This document shows positions 25,445 through 38,454 of a stretch of 62,187 bases of DNA, piece by piece (positions within the stretch are counted from its first letter, which is position 1; each line of letters opens with the position of its first letter). Made by a program: the position numbers and the translations under genes. The DNA comes from Chiloscyllium plagiosum (lineage: Eukaryota): positions 3,933,899-3,996,085 of the forward strand of contig NC_057760.1 of assembly GCF_004010195.1 (NCBI RefSeq), in the 5' to 3' direction. Under the pieces are notes generated by a model. That model was not told where the DNA came from and ran no database searches. It saw only the letters and a program-made list of their open reading frames with translations.

Positions 25445-26923
25445 ATAGACTGGGACTGCCATAGTGTTAAGGGTTTAGATGGAGAGTAATTTGTTAAGTG
25501 TGTACAAGAAAACGTTTGGATTCAGTATGTGGATGTACCTATGAGACAAAGTGCAAACTTGACCTACTCATGGGAAATAAGGCAGGGCAGGTCACTCAGG
25601 TGTCAATGGTGGAGCACATCGACATATATCACAGGCGAGGTGTCGAAGACTGGAGGTTGCTAATGTGGTACCACCATGTAAAAAAGGTGGTAAGGACAAG
25701 CCAGGGAACTATAGACCAGTGAGCCTGATGTCAGTGGTGGGAAAGTTGTGGAGGGAATCCTGAGGGAAGGATTTACACCCACTTGGAAAGGGAAGGACTG
25801 ATCAGGGACAGTCAGCATGTCTTTGTGCATGGGAAATCATGTCTCACAAACTTGACTGAGATTTCTGAAGAAGTAACAAAGAGGATTGATGAGGACAGAG
25901 CAGTAGATGTAAATTATATGAACTTCAGTAAGGTGTTTGACAAGATTCTCCATGGGAGACTGGTTAGCAAGGTTAGATCTCATGGTTAGCAAGTTTAGAT
26001 CTCATAGAATACATGGAGAACTAGCCATTTGGATACAGAACTGGCTGAAAGGTAGAAGATAGAGGGTGGTGGTGGAGGGTTGCTTTTCGGACTGGAGACT
26101 TGTGACCAGTGAAGTGCCACAAGGACCGTGCTGGGTCCTCTACATTTTGTCATTTATATAAATGATTTGGATGTGAACATAGGAGATGTAGTTAGTAGGT
26201 TTGCAGATGACAGCAAAATTGGAGGTGTAGTGGGCAGCGAAGGAGAGTACTTCAGGGTACAATGGGATCTTGATCAGATGGGCCAATGGGCTGAGGAGTG
26301 GCAGAACGAGTTTAATTTAGATAAATGTGAGGTGCTACATTTTGGAAAAGCAAATCAGAGCAGAACTTATACTTAATGGTAAGGTCCTGGGGAGCGTTGC
26401 TGAACAAAGAAACCTTGGAGTGCAGATTCACAGTTCCTTGAAAGTAGAGTCACAGCTACATAGGATAGCGAAGGCAGCATTTGGTATGCTTTCCTTTATT
26501 GGTTAGGGTATTGAGTATAGGTCACGTTGCGGCTGTACAGGACATTGGTTAGGCCACTTTTGGAATATTGCAGACAATTGTGGTCTCCCTCCTAGTGGAA
26601 TGATCTTGTGAAACTTGAAAGGGTGCAGAAAAGATTTGCAAGGACGTTGCCAGGGTTGGATGGTTTGAGCTATAGGGAGAGGCTGAAGAAGCTGGGACTT
26701 TTCCCTGGAGTGTCGGAGGCTGAGGGGTGACCTTACAGAGATTTATAAAATTATGAGGGGCATGGATAGGATAAATAGACAAAGTCCCTTCCCTGGGGTG
26801 GGGCAGTCCAGAACTAGAAGGCATAGGTTTAAGATGAGAGGGGAAAGACATAAAAGGGACCTAAGGGGCAACCTTTTCACGCAGAGGGTGGTGCGCTTAT
26901 GGAATGAGCTGCCAAAGGAAGTG

Positions 26924-27161
26924 ATTAGATTACTTACAGTGTGGAAACAGGCCCTTCGGCCCAACAAGTCCACACCGACCCGCTGAAGCGCAACCCACCC
27001 ATTCCCGTACATTTACCCCTTACCTAACACTTCAGGCAATTTAGCATGGCCAATTCACCTGACCTGCACATCTTTGGACTGTGGGAGGAAACCGGAGCAC
27101 CCGGAGGAAACCCACGCAGACACGGGGAGAATGTGCAAACTCCACACAGTCAGTCGCCTGA
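26924..27161 (-). mobile_element. 5'-truncated HE1-like V-SINE inside CR1
   Basis: V-core gtgggaggaaaccggagcacccggaggaaacccacgcagacacgggg, nearly identical to the copy at 49408-49721. Confidence 0.85.
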
Positions 27162-27949
27162 GTGGTGGAGGCTGGTAAAATTACAGCATTTAAAAGGCAC
27201 CTGATGGATATACGAATAAGAAGGGTTTAGAGGGACATGGGCCAAGTGCTGGCAAATGGAACCAGATTCGGTTAGAATATCCGGTCGGCATGGACAAGTT
27301 TGACCAAAGGGTCTGTTTCTGTGCTGTACATCTGTATGACTCCATGCTGGGCAGGTTTTACAACCTGAACTCGTCCCATTAGCCTGTGTTTGTCCAATAT
27401 CCTTCTAAACCTTTCCTATCAGAGTTTCTGCGTGGAATTGGGTTTCCTCCAGATGCTCCAGTGTGCTCCCACTGTCCAATGATGTGCAGATTAGGTGGAT
27501 TGGCCATGCTAAATTGCCCAGTGTCCAGGGTTAGGTGCATTAGTCATGCAAAATGCATGATTCAGAAGATCATGTCAAAGGTGAACCTTTCAGTTCTGAA
27601 AGCATACAGGGATTCAACATGGGTGCTTTGTCAGGATTTACAGTCTGGCCAAGGGAAACACAGAACAATGCTTTGTCTGTGATGTTCAGTGAGGAATTGC
27701 AATCACAGAATTGTTATAGTGCAGCAGGTAGCCATTCAGTTCATTGTGCCTCAACTGTTTTAGCCACCACTATAGACACCCTTGTTTTCATTAAAGCTTG
27801 CTACTTTGCATCATGCAGATCTGAAGAGCCCACCCTTCCCTCCAGCAGAGACAGGCATGTTTGCACAAATGCCAGTTTGCTGTGCTTGACAAGTTCAGAC
27901 AGTGTAGCATCAGCACCTGGAGATAAAGTCAAGTTTTGTTCAGTTCCCC

Positions 27950-29050
27950 ATCCAAATGTCTTTTAAATGATATAACTGTACCTGCCTCTACCAATTCCTC
28001 TGGCAGCTTGTTCCATATATGTAACACACTCTGTGTGAGAAGGTATCCCTCAGATCCCTTTTAAGTCTTTCCCCTCTCATCATAAACCTATGCCCTCTAG
28101 TTTTAGACTCCCCATCCTAACGAAAAGACCTTGGCTATTCACTTTATATATGCCCCTCATGATTTTATAAACCCTCAGCCTCCTCTGCTCCAGGGAAAGA
28201 AGTCCCAGCCCATCCAGCTATTAACTGTAACTCAAACATTTCAGTCTCGGCAACATCCTTGAAAATCTTTTTGGCATCCTTTCCAGTTTAGTAACTTCCT
28301 TCCAAGAGCAGGGTGATCGGAATTGTACACAGTACTCCAACTTGGGCCTTACCAACATCTTGTACAGCTGTAACATGGCGCCCCAACTCCTGTACACAAT
28401 GCTCTGACCAATAAAGCTAAATGTGCCAAACGCTTTCTTCATCACTCTGTCTACCTGTGATGCTACTTTGAAGAATTATGTATCTGCATCCCTAAGTCTC
28501 TCTGTTCGGCAACACTCCCCATGGCCCCACCATTTACTCTTTAAGTCCTACTCTGATTTGTCCTAATGAAAAGCAAAACCTCACATTTAGCTACATTAAT
28601 CGCCACCTGCCATTCCTCAGCCCACTTGATCAAGATCCCTTTGTACTCTTAGCCTTCGTCAATGTCCACAATACAGGTAAACAATCCTTTAGCCGAAATT
28701 CTGAAATCCAAAAAGCTCCAAAGTTTTTTTGTGAAGATTTTTTCTCATTAACAAGATTATTTGGCCAAGTTAACTCAAGTTGACACCCATTCGATGCGTG
28801 CCACTCAGATACAACGTCAGGGGGCGTGGCCCAGCACTGGCTGGCCTCAATTCTCTCTCAAGGCCCGTTTTACTAAGTGAGTCTGCTCCTCTGGTAAGAT
28901 TTTCAAAACTTTCGCCATCAAACTATCACTTCTTCTGAAATTTGAAAAATTCTGAATTCCAAAAACCAGCTGGTCCCGAGCGTTTCAGATGAAGGATTGT
29001 GCACCTGCACCACCAATTTTGGTGTTATCCACAAACTTATCAACCACGCC
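27950..29050 (-). mobile_element. CR1 3' fragment
   Basis: LQLYKMLVRPKLEYCVQFRSP on the minus strand. Confidence 0.75.
28674..29007. mobile_element. MITE (Tc1/mariner-type TIRs)
   Basis: TIRs CAGGTAAACAATCCTTTAGCCGAAA and (reverse complement) CAGGTGCACAATCCTTCATCTGAAA. TA on the left, CA on the right. Interrupts a CR1. Confidence 0.7.
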
Positions 29051-29129
29051 TCCTACCAGGTTGTAAATTTGCTCGCTCAACTGTTAGATTCGTTCTCAGG
29101 AGTTTTGTCCCCATGCTCAGTAGTCTGGT

Positions 29130-29360
29130 GAAGCTACAGTGCGCATCACGTAACAATCGCCAGAAGGATGTTCCCTCCCAGTTGGGGATCATTGTAGCCG
29201 TCAGGGGCATTTGGCCTTGGTGACTATCCTTCAAGGTTGACTTTGGGATACGCAATAATGTAAAGTGGCTGAGCAGACGCTGATAGCAAAGTTCGGTACC
29301 CATGAGGATGGCCTCAACCAGGACCTGGGTTCATGTCACGCTGCAGGTGACCCACTACAT
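29130..29360 (+). mobile_element. Penelope-like 3' fragment
   Basis: tgatagcaaagttcggtacccatgaggatggcctcaaccaggacc... matches 10883-10953. A CA-rich tail resumes at about 30350 after a CR1 insertion. Confidence 0.7.
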
Positions 29361-29361
29361 T

Positions 29362-30348
29362 TTATCCTGTTCGGGAGCAGCGGAAGACAGAGTGGAGGTG
29401 ACATGGAGATCAGGAGAATATCGGGAAGGTAAGGACTTGGTATATATTTAGGTAGCGGCTAAATCCGAGATACTACACGTGTAGTATCTCTCTACCGCCC
29501 CCTCTCCTCGAACCAGAAGAAAAAGACTCTGTACAGTAAGGTTTTTGTTTTTACTTTTTCTTTTCTTACATATATTTAAGTGTATTGTTTGGTTTTAGTT
29601 AGTTGATATAAAGCTAAGGCTTACAATGGTAGGGGACCTCAGACCGGTGGCATGTGCTTCTTGCTTGATGTGGGAGCTTAGGAACGTGGTTGATGTTTCT
29701 GACTCTTACACTTGCAAGAATTGTATCCAGCAGCAGCTCTTGTTTGACCACATGACGGCTCTGAGCTGCAGATGGACTCACTGTGGAGCATCCGCGATGC
29801 TGAGGAAGTCATGGATAGCATGTTTAGTGAACTAGTCACACCGCATATTAGAAGTGCTGAGGGAGACAATGAATAGATGACCAAAAGGCAGAAAAAGAGG
29901 AGGAAGGCAGTGTCCCTTGTGGTCATTTCCCTCCAAACGAGGTACACCGTTTTGGATACTGTTAGGGGTGGTGGCTCACCAGGGGACGGCAGTTGCCAAG
30001 AGCATTTCACTGTGGCGGGCACTGCTGACCAGAAGGGAGGGAAAAAGACCCTAAGGGCCATAGTCATAAGGGATTCGATTGTAAGGGGAGTAGGTAGGCG
30101 GCTCTGTGGGTGAAAACGGGACGCCTGGATGGTATGCTGCTCCCCATATGCTCGGGTCAGAGATGTCACTGATCGGCTGCAGAGCTTTTTAAAAGGGGAG
30201 GGTGAACAGCCAGTTGTCTGGGTATATAGAGGCAGCAAAGATACAAATAAAAAACGAGATACGTCCTGAAAGGAAAAGTCAGGGAGCTTGGAGAGCAGTT
30301 AAAAAGGAGGACCTCAAAGGTACCGATCTTGGGATTACTACCAGTGCA
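29362..30348 (+). mobile_element. CR1 5' end / ORF1 fragment
   Basis: CASCLMWE..CKNC zinc-finger-like region and AIVIRDSIVRGV esterase motif; homologous to 5534-6145. Confidence 0.75.
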
Positions 30349-31173
30349 ACGCATACACACACCCCATTCACACCTCATACACAGACAAACCCCGCTCCCC
30401 ACACACACACCCTCTCATACATACANNNNNNNNNNNNNNNNNNNNNNNNNNNNNNNNNNNNNNNNNNNNNNNNNNNNNNNNNNNNNNNNNNNNNNNNNNN
30501 NNNNNNNNNNNNNNNNNNNNNNNNNNNNNNNNNNNNNNNNNNNNNNNNNNNNNNNNNNNNNNNNNNNNNNNNNNNNNNNNNNNNNNNNNNNNNNNNNNNN
30601 NNNNNNNNNNNNNNNNNNNNNNNNNNNNNNNNNNNNNNNNNNNNNNNNNNNNNNNNNNNNNNNNNNNNNNNNNNNNNNNNNNNNNNNNNNNNNNNNNNNN
30701 NNNNNNNNNNNNNNNNNNNNNNNNNNNNNNNNNNNNNNNNNNNNNNNNNNNNNNNNNNNNNNNNNNNNNNNNNNNNNNNNNNNNNNNNNNNNNNNNNNNN
30801 NNNNNNNNNNNNNNNNNNNNNNNNNNNNNNNNNNNNNNNNNNNNNNNNNNNNNNNNNNNNNNNNNNNNNNNNNNNNNNNNNNNNNNNNNNNNNNNNNNNN
30901 NNNNNNNNNNNNNNNNNNNNNNNNNAGCTTCACTTGTTAGAATAACAACCATGTGCAGCTACAGAAAAATGTAGATAAAATATTCTACTGAAAGGAAACC
31001 AAGTTACAGGTAAGTCCTTATATGGAGTGCCATTTCTATAATAGTGCATGCAGAATGGATGGGAAGGAGTGACTACTTGAAAGGTGTGTTTGTAATGAAT
31101 GGGTGAATTTATAAAGGTCAGTGAGTTTTATCTACGTACTTCAGACTCAACACAGACAGCAAGACGTACTCAC

Positions 31174-31287
31174 AATAATGGCTGGTGTGGTGCACTGATG
31201 GTTGGTGGTGCCCATGCCCATTTTGTTGGGGCACCACATTTGGTGTATAAGCAGCTGTGCTGCTGCCTGTCCAAGTTGCTGTCGTAT
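31174..31287 (-). CDS. smad10: co-Smad linker exon, 114 nt (start of Smad4 activation domain region)
   Basis: TTATWTGSSTAAYTPNVVPQQNGHGHHQPSVHHTSHY (compare SMAD4 TTTWTGSRTAPYTP...HY). Acceptor gattccatag|AT, donor TATT|gtgagt, phase 1-1. Confidence 0.92.
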
Positions 31288-32624
31288 CTATGGAATCAAA
31301 ACATAGCTTTAAGACTGTTGCAACTGAATTAAACATAAAAAGAATTACATCTTTCCATTAACTATTTCAATAAAACAATGATAGAATGTTTCACAAAGTT
31401 TCTTTCATAGGATGCGGGTGTTGTGGTCATGAGAATTGTCCCAGGAATGAAAAGCTTAACATAGGAGGAATGTTTGAGGACTCTGGGTTTCTACTTGATG
31501 GAGTTTAGAAGGACGAGGGGAGATCTAATTGAAACTTACTGAATACTGAAGGCCCTGGACAGAGTGGATGTTGGCAAGATGCTTCCATTGGTAGGAGAGA
31601 CTAGGACCTGAGGGCACAGCCTTAAAGTAAAGGGAAGACCTTTTAGAATGGAGAGAAGGAGAACTTCTTTCGCCAGAAGAGCGGTGAATCTATGAAATTC
31701 AGTGCCACAGAAGGCTGTGGAGGCCAGGTCATTGAGTTTTTTTTTAAGACAGCAATTGGTTCTTGATTGTCAAGGGTTATGATGAGAAAGCGACAGAGTG
31801 GGGTTGAGAAACTTAACAGCCATGACTTAATGGTGGAGCAGACTTGATGGGATGAATGGCCTAATTTCTGCTCCTATGTCTTACAGTCAAGAGTCAACAT
31901 TTGTTACTGATCCTGAACTGCCCTCAAGGAGATGGTGAGCTGAAGTGCTGTAATCCATCTGCTGTAGGGAGTTGCAGGATTTTAATCCAATGACCATGTC
32001 AATGAAGAAACAGAGTTCCAAGTTGGAAGGTGCTTGGTTTGGAGGGAAACTTGTAGATGATTGCTCCCATGCATTGCCTGCCCTTATCCCTTTAAGTGGC
32101 AACAGATGCGGTTTGAAAACTGTCAAAGGAGCCTTGGTGGGTTGCTCCAGTGCATCGTGCATGTAATTCGAACTGCTTCCACTGTGCTCGTGGTGGAGAC
32201 AATGCATGTTTATGTTGGTGGTAAGGGTACTGATCAAGCTATCGAGATGCCGTCTAATACCTCCAGCTTCAGTCAAGATTTCCACAGAACTGCTGGCAAT
32301 AGTCAGATCAGGCAACATCTGACGAGAGGAATAGAACTAATACTGCAGATCAATATCCATTTGACAGAATTACAAAAGCCCTTCGACCTGAAATGCTAAC
32401 TGCTTCTCTCTCCATGACTTGCCCTAAGCTGCTGTATGTTTCCAATATTTTCTCTTTTCACTTAAAAGTGAAGGCCTCGATAAAACTCGACTCACTGCAG
32501 CATTTACGTTCTGTCAGTGGTTTTAAAATGTTCAAACAACTTCACATGATCGGAAACGTGAGTAAATCTGTTTCTGAAAGAATTAGATCATAATTAATAA
32601 ATGGTCACATTTGTAATTCCAACA

Positions 32625-35600
32625 TTCGATAGCGGGAGCTGGAGCTGGACGAACTTCGGATCATTCAGGAGGCAGAGGAGGTTATTGAGAGTTACAGGGA
32701 GGTAGTTACTCCACAGTCACGTAAAGGTGGTAGATGGGTTACCGCGAGGGGTAGAAAAGGGAACCGGCAGGCAGTGCAGATATCTCCTATGGTGGTTGCC
32801 CTCAACAACAACTATACCATTTTGGATACATTTGGGTGGGTGGGGAAGGCTTACCAGGGGTAAGCAATGGAGCACAGGTCTCTGGCGCAGAATCTGCCCC
32901 TGTTGCTCAGAGGGGAAGGGGGAAGAGGAGCAAAGCTTTAGTCATTGGGGACTCCGTAGTTAGGGGGGCAGATAGGAGGTTTTGTGGGAACAAGAGAGAC
33001 TCACGATTGGTGTGTGCCAGGGTTCGTGAGGTCTATGATCGTGTATTTGGGATCCTTGAGGGTGAGGGGGAGCAGCCCAAAGTCGTGGTCCACACAAACA
33101 TCAATGACATAGATAGGAAGGAAGGTGGGGATCTAAGACAGAAATTCAGGGAGCTACAGCGAAAGCTTAGAGCTAGAACAAACAGAGGTATTATCTCTGG
33201 TTTGTTGCCTGTACCACGTGCTAATGAAGCGAGGAATAGGGAGAGAGCGGAGCTGAACACATGACTGCAGGGATGGTGCAGGAGGAAGGTTTCGGATTCT
33301 TGAACAATTGGAGCTCTATAAACAAGATGGTCTTCACCTGAACCAGAGAGGTACCAATATCCTGGGGGAGGGAAATTTGCTAATGCTCTTCTGGTTGGGG
33401 GGAGGGGGGGTGTTTAAACTAACGTAGCAGGGGAATGGGAACCTGAATTGTAGTTCCAGTGTACAGGAGGTTGAGGGTAGTGATGTCAGGGATAGGTTTA
33501 CTCACGCGAGGGCATCAGTAATCAGGATGTCAGTTTGAAATGTGTGTACTTCAATGCCCCAGGAGCATCCGGAATAAGGTGAATGAACTTGCAGCATGGG
33601 TTTGTACCTGGGATTTTGATGTTGTAGCCATTTCAGAGACATGGCTAGAGGAGGGGGGACAGAAATGCTTGTTGCAGATTCCGGGTTGTGGCATTGTTAA
33701 TCAAGAGTAGTATTACAGCAGCTGAGATAACGTTTGAGGCTACTGAGGAAGTTAGGGGTAAGGTTAGAAACAGGAAAGAAGAGGTCACCCTGTTGGGAGT
33801 TTTCTATAGGCCTCCGAATTGTTCCAGGGATATAGAGGACAGGATAGCTAAGATGATTCTCGATAGAAGTGAGAGTAACAGGGTAGTTGTTATGGGGGAC
33901 TTTAACTTCCCCAATATTGACTGGGAATACAATAGTTTAAGTAGTTTAGATGGGTCAGTTTTTGTTCAATGTGCGCAGGAGGGTTTTCTGACAAAGTATA
34001 TAGACAAGCCAACAAGGGACAATGCCATGTTGGAATTGGTACTGGGGAATCAACCCAGCCAGGTGTTAGATTTGGAGGCAGATGAGCACTTTGGCAATAG
34101 TGACCACAATTCGATTATGTTTAGAACAGCAATGGGCAGAAATAGGTATATACCACAGGGAAAGAGGTATAATTAGGGGAAAGGCAATTATGATGTGATT
34201 AGGCAAGGTTTAGAATGCATAGGATGGGGAAGGAAACTGTAGGAGATGGACACAGTTGAAATGTGAAGCTTATTCAAGGAACAGCTACTGCGGGTCCTTG
34301 ATAGGTATATACCTATCAGGCAGGGAGGTAGTTGTCGAGAGAGGGAGCCATGGTTTACTAAAGAAGTTGAAGCTCTCGTCAAGAGGAAGAAGGCAGCTTA
34401 TGTGAGGATGAGGCATGAAGGCTCAGTTAGGGGTCTTGAGAGTTATAAGTTAGCCAGAAAAGATCTAAAGAGAGTGCTAAGAAGAGCCAGGAGGAGACAT
34501 GAGAAGTTGTTGGGTGATAGGATCAAGGAAAATCCTAAGGCCTTCTTTAGGTATATCAGGAATAAAAGAATTACTAGAGTAAGAGTAAGATAAGGACCCA
34601 TCAAAGACAGTAGTGGAAAGTTGTGTGTGGAATCTGAGGACACAGGGGAAGCACTTAATGAATACTTTTCGTCAGTATTCACATTGCAAAAAGGTAACGT
34701 TAGTGAAAATATGGAGACACAGACTACAATCTTCGATGGGATTGAGGTGACAAAGATGAGGTTTCAGCAATTTTGGAAGATCTGAAAATAGATAAGACCC
34801 CTGGGCCAGATGGGATTTATCCTCAAATCCTCTGGGAAGCCAGAGAGGAGACTGCAGAGCCTTTGGCTTTGATGTTTATGTCGTCATTGTTGACAGGACT
34901 AGTGCCAGAAGACTGGAGGATAGTAAATGTTCCCTTGTTTAAGAAAGTGAGTCGGGACAACCCTGGTAATTAGAGGCCAGTGAGCCTTACTTCGGTTGTG
35001 GGTGAGGTGCTGGAAAAGGTCATAAGAGTTAGGATTTATCATCATCTGGAAAGGAATAATTTGATTAGGGATAGTCTACACGGTTTTGCGAAGGATAGGT
35101 CGTGCCTCACTAACCATAGTGAGTTCTTCGAGACGGTGACAAAACAAATGGATGTGGTGTATATGGACTTCAGTAAGGTGTTTGTTAAGGTTCCACATGG
35201 AAGGCTATTGCACAAAATACGGAGTTTTGAGATTGAAGGTGATTTAGTGGTTTGGATCAGAAATTGGCTAGCTGTAAGAAGACAGAGGGTGGTGGTTGAT
35301 GGGAAATGTTCATCCTGGAGTTCAGTTACCAGTAGTGTGCCACAAGGATCTGTTTTGGGGCCACTGCTGTTTGTCATTTTTATAAGTGATTTGGATATGG
35401 ACGTAGAAAGATGAGTTAGTAAATTTGTGGATGACATTCAGGTAGATAGAGTTGTGGATAGTACCAAAGGATGTTGCAGTTTATAGAGGGACATAGATAA
35501 GATGCAGAGCTGGGCTGAGAAGAGGCAAATGAAGTTTAATGCGGAAAAGTGCGAGATAGTTCACATCGGAAGTAGTAACAGGAAAGCAGAGTACTGGGCT

Positions 35601-36302
35601 AATGGTAAAATTCTTGGTAGTGTAGATGAACAGAGACACCTTATTGTCCAGGTGCATAAATCCCTGAATGTTGCCACCCAGGTTGATAGGATTGTTAAGA
35701 ATGCATGTGGTGTGTTGGCATTTATTGGTAGGGGGATTGAGCCACAAGGTCATGCTTCAACTGTACAAGACACTGGTTAAGGCCGCACCTGGAGTATTAC
35801 GTACAGTTCTGATCATCGCATTATAGCAAGGATGTGAAGCTTGGAAAGGGTTCAGAGGAGATTTACTAAGATGTTACCTGGTATGGAAAGAGGTCTTACG
35901 AGGAAAGGCTAAGGTAAGTGAGGCTGTTTTCGTTGGAGAGGAGAAGGTTGAGAAGTGACTCAATTGAGACATATAAGAAAATCAGAGGGTTAAATAGGGT
36001 GGACAGTGAAAGCCTTTTCCCTTGGATGGTGAAGGCTAGCATGAGGGGACATAGCTTTAAACTGAGGGGTGATAGAGTTAAGACAGATATCAGCGCAATT
36101 TCTTTACTCAGAGTAGTCAGGGCATGGAACAGCCTGCCTGCAACAGTAGTAGACCCGCCAACAATAAGGGCATTTAAATGGACATTGGACATACATATGG
36201 ATAATAATGAAATGGTGTAGGTTAGATGGGCATCAGATTATTTTCACAGGTCGGTGCAACATTGAGGGCTAGAGGGCCTGTACTCGCTGGAACGTTCTAT
36301 GC
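32625..36302 (+). mobile_element. CR1 LINE, near full length, degraded
   Basis: ALVIGDSVVRG (ORF1 esterase), [34 protein letters not shown]; 3' tail ends aacgttctatg, about 75 bp from the exon donor at 36378. Confidence 0.9.
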
Positions 36303-36378
36303 TCAGTTAAAAAAACGAGAGAAATAATTTTCCAGGTTTTCCTCAGTTCCAAGAGCCTTTGAAAGCACAGGTACTTAC

Positions 36379-36537
36379 TCTGGTAAGGCTGTTTTGGTGG
36401 CGGATATCCATTTTGCTGAGATGGATTGGGGGGGGCGGGGGGAGGTGGAGTTGGGGGAGGTGCCATCTGTTGCAGTGATGGGGCAATCTGTAATAAAGCC
36501 TCGCTGTGATTCATAGGAATGAGAGAATTGTTGGTAG
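36379..36537 (-). CDS. smad10: co-Smad linker exon, 159 nt, proline-rich
   Basis: TNNSLIPMNHSEALLQIAPSLQQMAPPPTPPPPAPPNPSQQNGYPPPKQPYQ (compare SMAD4 HSEGLLQIA...QQNG). Acceptor ttctctctcccag|CT, donor CAGA|gtaagt, phase 1-1. Confidence 0.92.
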
Positions 36538-36870
36538 CTGGGAGAGAGAAAAACAAAGTGGGGTTATTTACATTTATATTCCAATTTTAAATGTTCAAGT
36601 AATTCTTCAATCAAGCTATTTGAAATGCATTACTCCCTTGCCAAATAAAGAACCAGTGGTTGCGTGAAGTGACATTTTGTAACAGAAACAGAAACTGCCA
36701 GAGAAACTTAGCAGGTCTAGCAACATCGGTGGTGATACAACAGAGCTAATGTTTAGAGTCCAGTGATGCTTCTTCAGTTCTCCCAGCAATTTGTGTTTTT
36801 GTTTCAGATTTCTAGCATCTACAGTTCTTTGTTTTATTTAAAGAGATATTTTGTATTTGTCTTCACTGTA

Positions 36871-37078
36871 GAAGGAGAAAGTGAGGACTGCAGATGCTGG
36901 AGATCAGAGTCGAGAGTGTGGTGCTGGAAAAGCACTGCAGGTCAGGCTGTATCTGAGGAGCAGGAGAATCGATGTTTCGGGCATAAGCCCTTCATTAGGA
37001 AGGGCTTATGCCCGAAACATCAGTTCTCCTACTCCTCGGATGCTGCCTGAGCTGCTGTGCTTTTCCAACACCACACTC
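36871..37078. mobile_element. palindromic hammerhead-bearing mini-element (family A) with 11-bp TSD
   Basis: Inverted arms centred near 36995. TSD TCTTCACTGTA at 36860-36870 and 37079-37089. Confidence 0.85.
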
Positions 37079-38090
37079 TCTTCACTGTAAAAGGCACAAG
37101 TAACATCTCAGAAACACCTGTAAATATAGAGATGAAAGGTAGAGAGAAATGTAAAACAATTATTCAGCCAGGAAAAAACATTGAGAAAATAATGAGAACA
37201 AGTTCGATATGTCTCCATACATGATGGCTTGCATGCCAGGGTCCCAAAGGTAGCTGCTGAGAAAGCAGATGCTTTGGTTGAAATTTTCCAAAATTCCTTT
37301 ACTCTGAAAAGGTTCCAACAGTTTGTAAAATATCATGCATAACTTTCGTATTCAAGAAAGGAGAGAGAACAATGAGCCAGTTTGCTGACATCTGGCACAA
37401 GGAAAGTGATTCAGCAGGGCACTTAGAACATACTGTTGCATCAAAGTCAGCGCGATTTTGTGAATGGGTAATCATCGTGAACTAATTTAGTACAGTTATT
37501 TTAGCAAGTAACAAGGAAATCTGTAGGTGTGGCGTATTTGGATTTCCAAAAGGCAGTTAAATAAGGTGCGACAAGACATAGGCAGCGGCCAGCACACAAA
37601 CAGAATAAACAGTTGTCAAATTGGGGTGGGGAAAGAGTTCCAGTTGTAATGTACCACCCCAAAACACAATAAGCAGTTTATGACATGCTTTCTATCTATG
37701 GAAATATACCAGACTGAGACGCACTGAATAGATGCTGGACTGAACACTAATAATATTTAATTACTCTTATTTATATGTATAACAATGGCAGAAAGGTACA
37801 GAATCTAACTAATGGTGAAAAGTATAAGCAAACTAAGTTCTCTACAATAATCAGCAATAAGCAGTATATTCCCCACATCCTTATTTGGCTGTGCCCTCAT
37901 CATAACCACACTCAGCAACATGCTGTGGAGGCTCTCAGCAACTACATATTATGTTAGCATAACAGCTTCACAAAACCTTTACAGAACATTTCAACTGTTT
38001 TTGACCCATTGCATTTAATCCATGACCAATGAAACAAAATTATCAGGTATTATTTTAGTATGTGAGCATCCAGTAAAACAATGTACTCAC

Positions 38091-38324
38091 GAGGAGGAGA
38101 CATTGGAATGTTGGGATAGCTGTGCACAGTGGCTCTAGATGTCTCTGGTAAGGAAAGTACTGGAGGTGGGAGGGGCTGGACATAGGTTTCAGAAGATGGC
38201 CGTGTGTTAGTCGGGTGTTTGACTGGCTGAAGCCGATGTTCCTCAGGATGTGGCATGACTTGCGGTCCATCCAGCTGCACACATTCGTGCACAAATTCAT
38301 CCTTCACCAAACGAGTAGGAGGAG
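38091..38324 (-). CDS. smad10: co-Smad linker exon, 234 nt
   Basis: PPTRLVKDEFVHECVQLDG...YPNIPMSPP aligns with SMAD4 MVKDEYVH...FPNIP. Acceptor gtgctag|CT, donor CCTC|gtgagt, phase 1-1. Confidence 0.92.
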
Positions 38325-38454
38325 CTAGCACATAATCAAGCAAATAATTTAGATTACATTCAGTTGATGACCAGACAATGATGAAAAGCACAAGGAACAG
38401 TATCTAGAATTCAAGACAGGTGTGAAAAAAAGTTGTGTCACAATTTAAAACAAT

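Larger units (their letters stand above)
22900..27345 (+). mobile_element. CR1 LINE (ORF1 esterase, APE, RT, tail) with nested MITE, solo LTR and SINE
   Basis: IVIGNSLVRGTD..VHIGTNHI (SGNH-like ORF1), FNARGL, GKSCLTNL, RFADDSK, FTQRVVRLWNELP. Confidence 0.85.

Noticed and set aside
25970..26015. 22-bp tandem duplication tggttagcaag(g/t)ttagatctca
   Set aside because: Local slippage within a dead CR1; no sign of function.
30202..30952. Long ORFs of 172-247 aa
   Set aside because: Artefacts of the 500-N assembly gap.
36379..36537. PPxY (PY) motif as in R-Smads
   Set aside because: Proline-rich, but no PPxY is present (YPPPKQPY does not fit).
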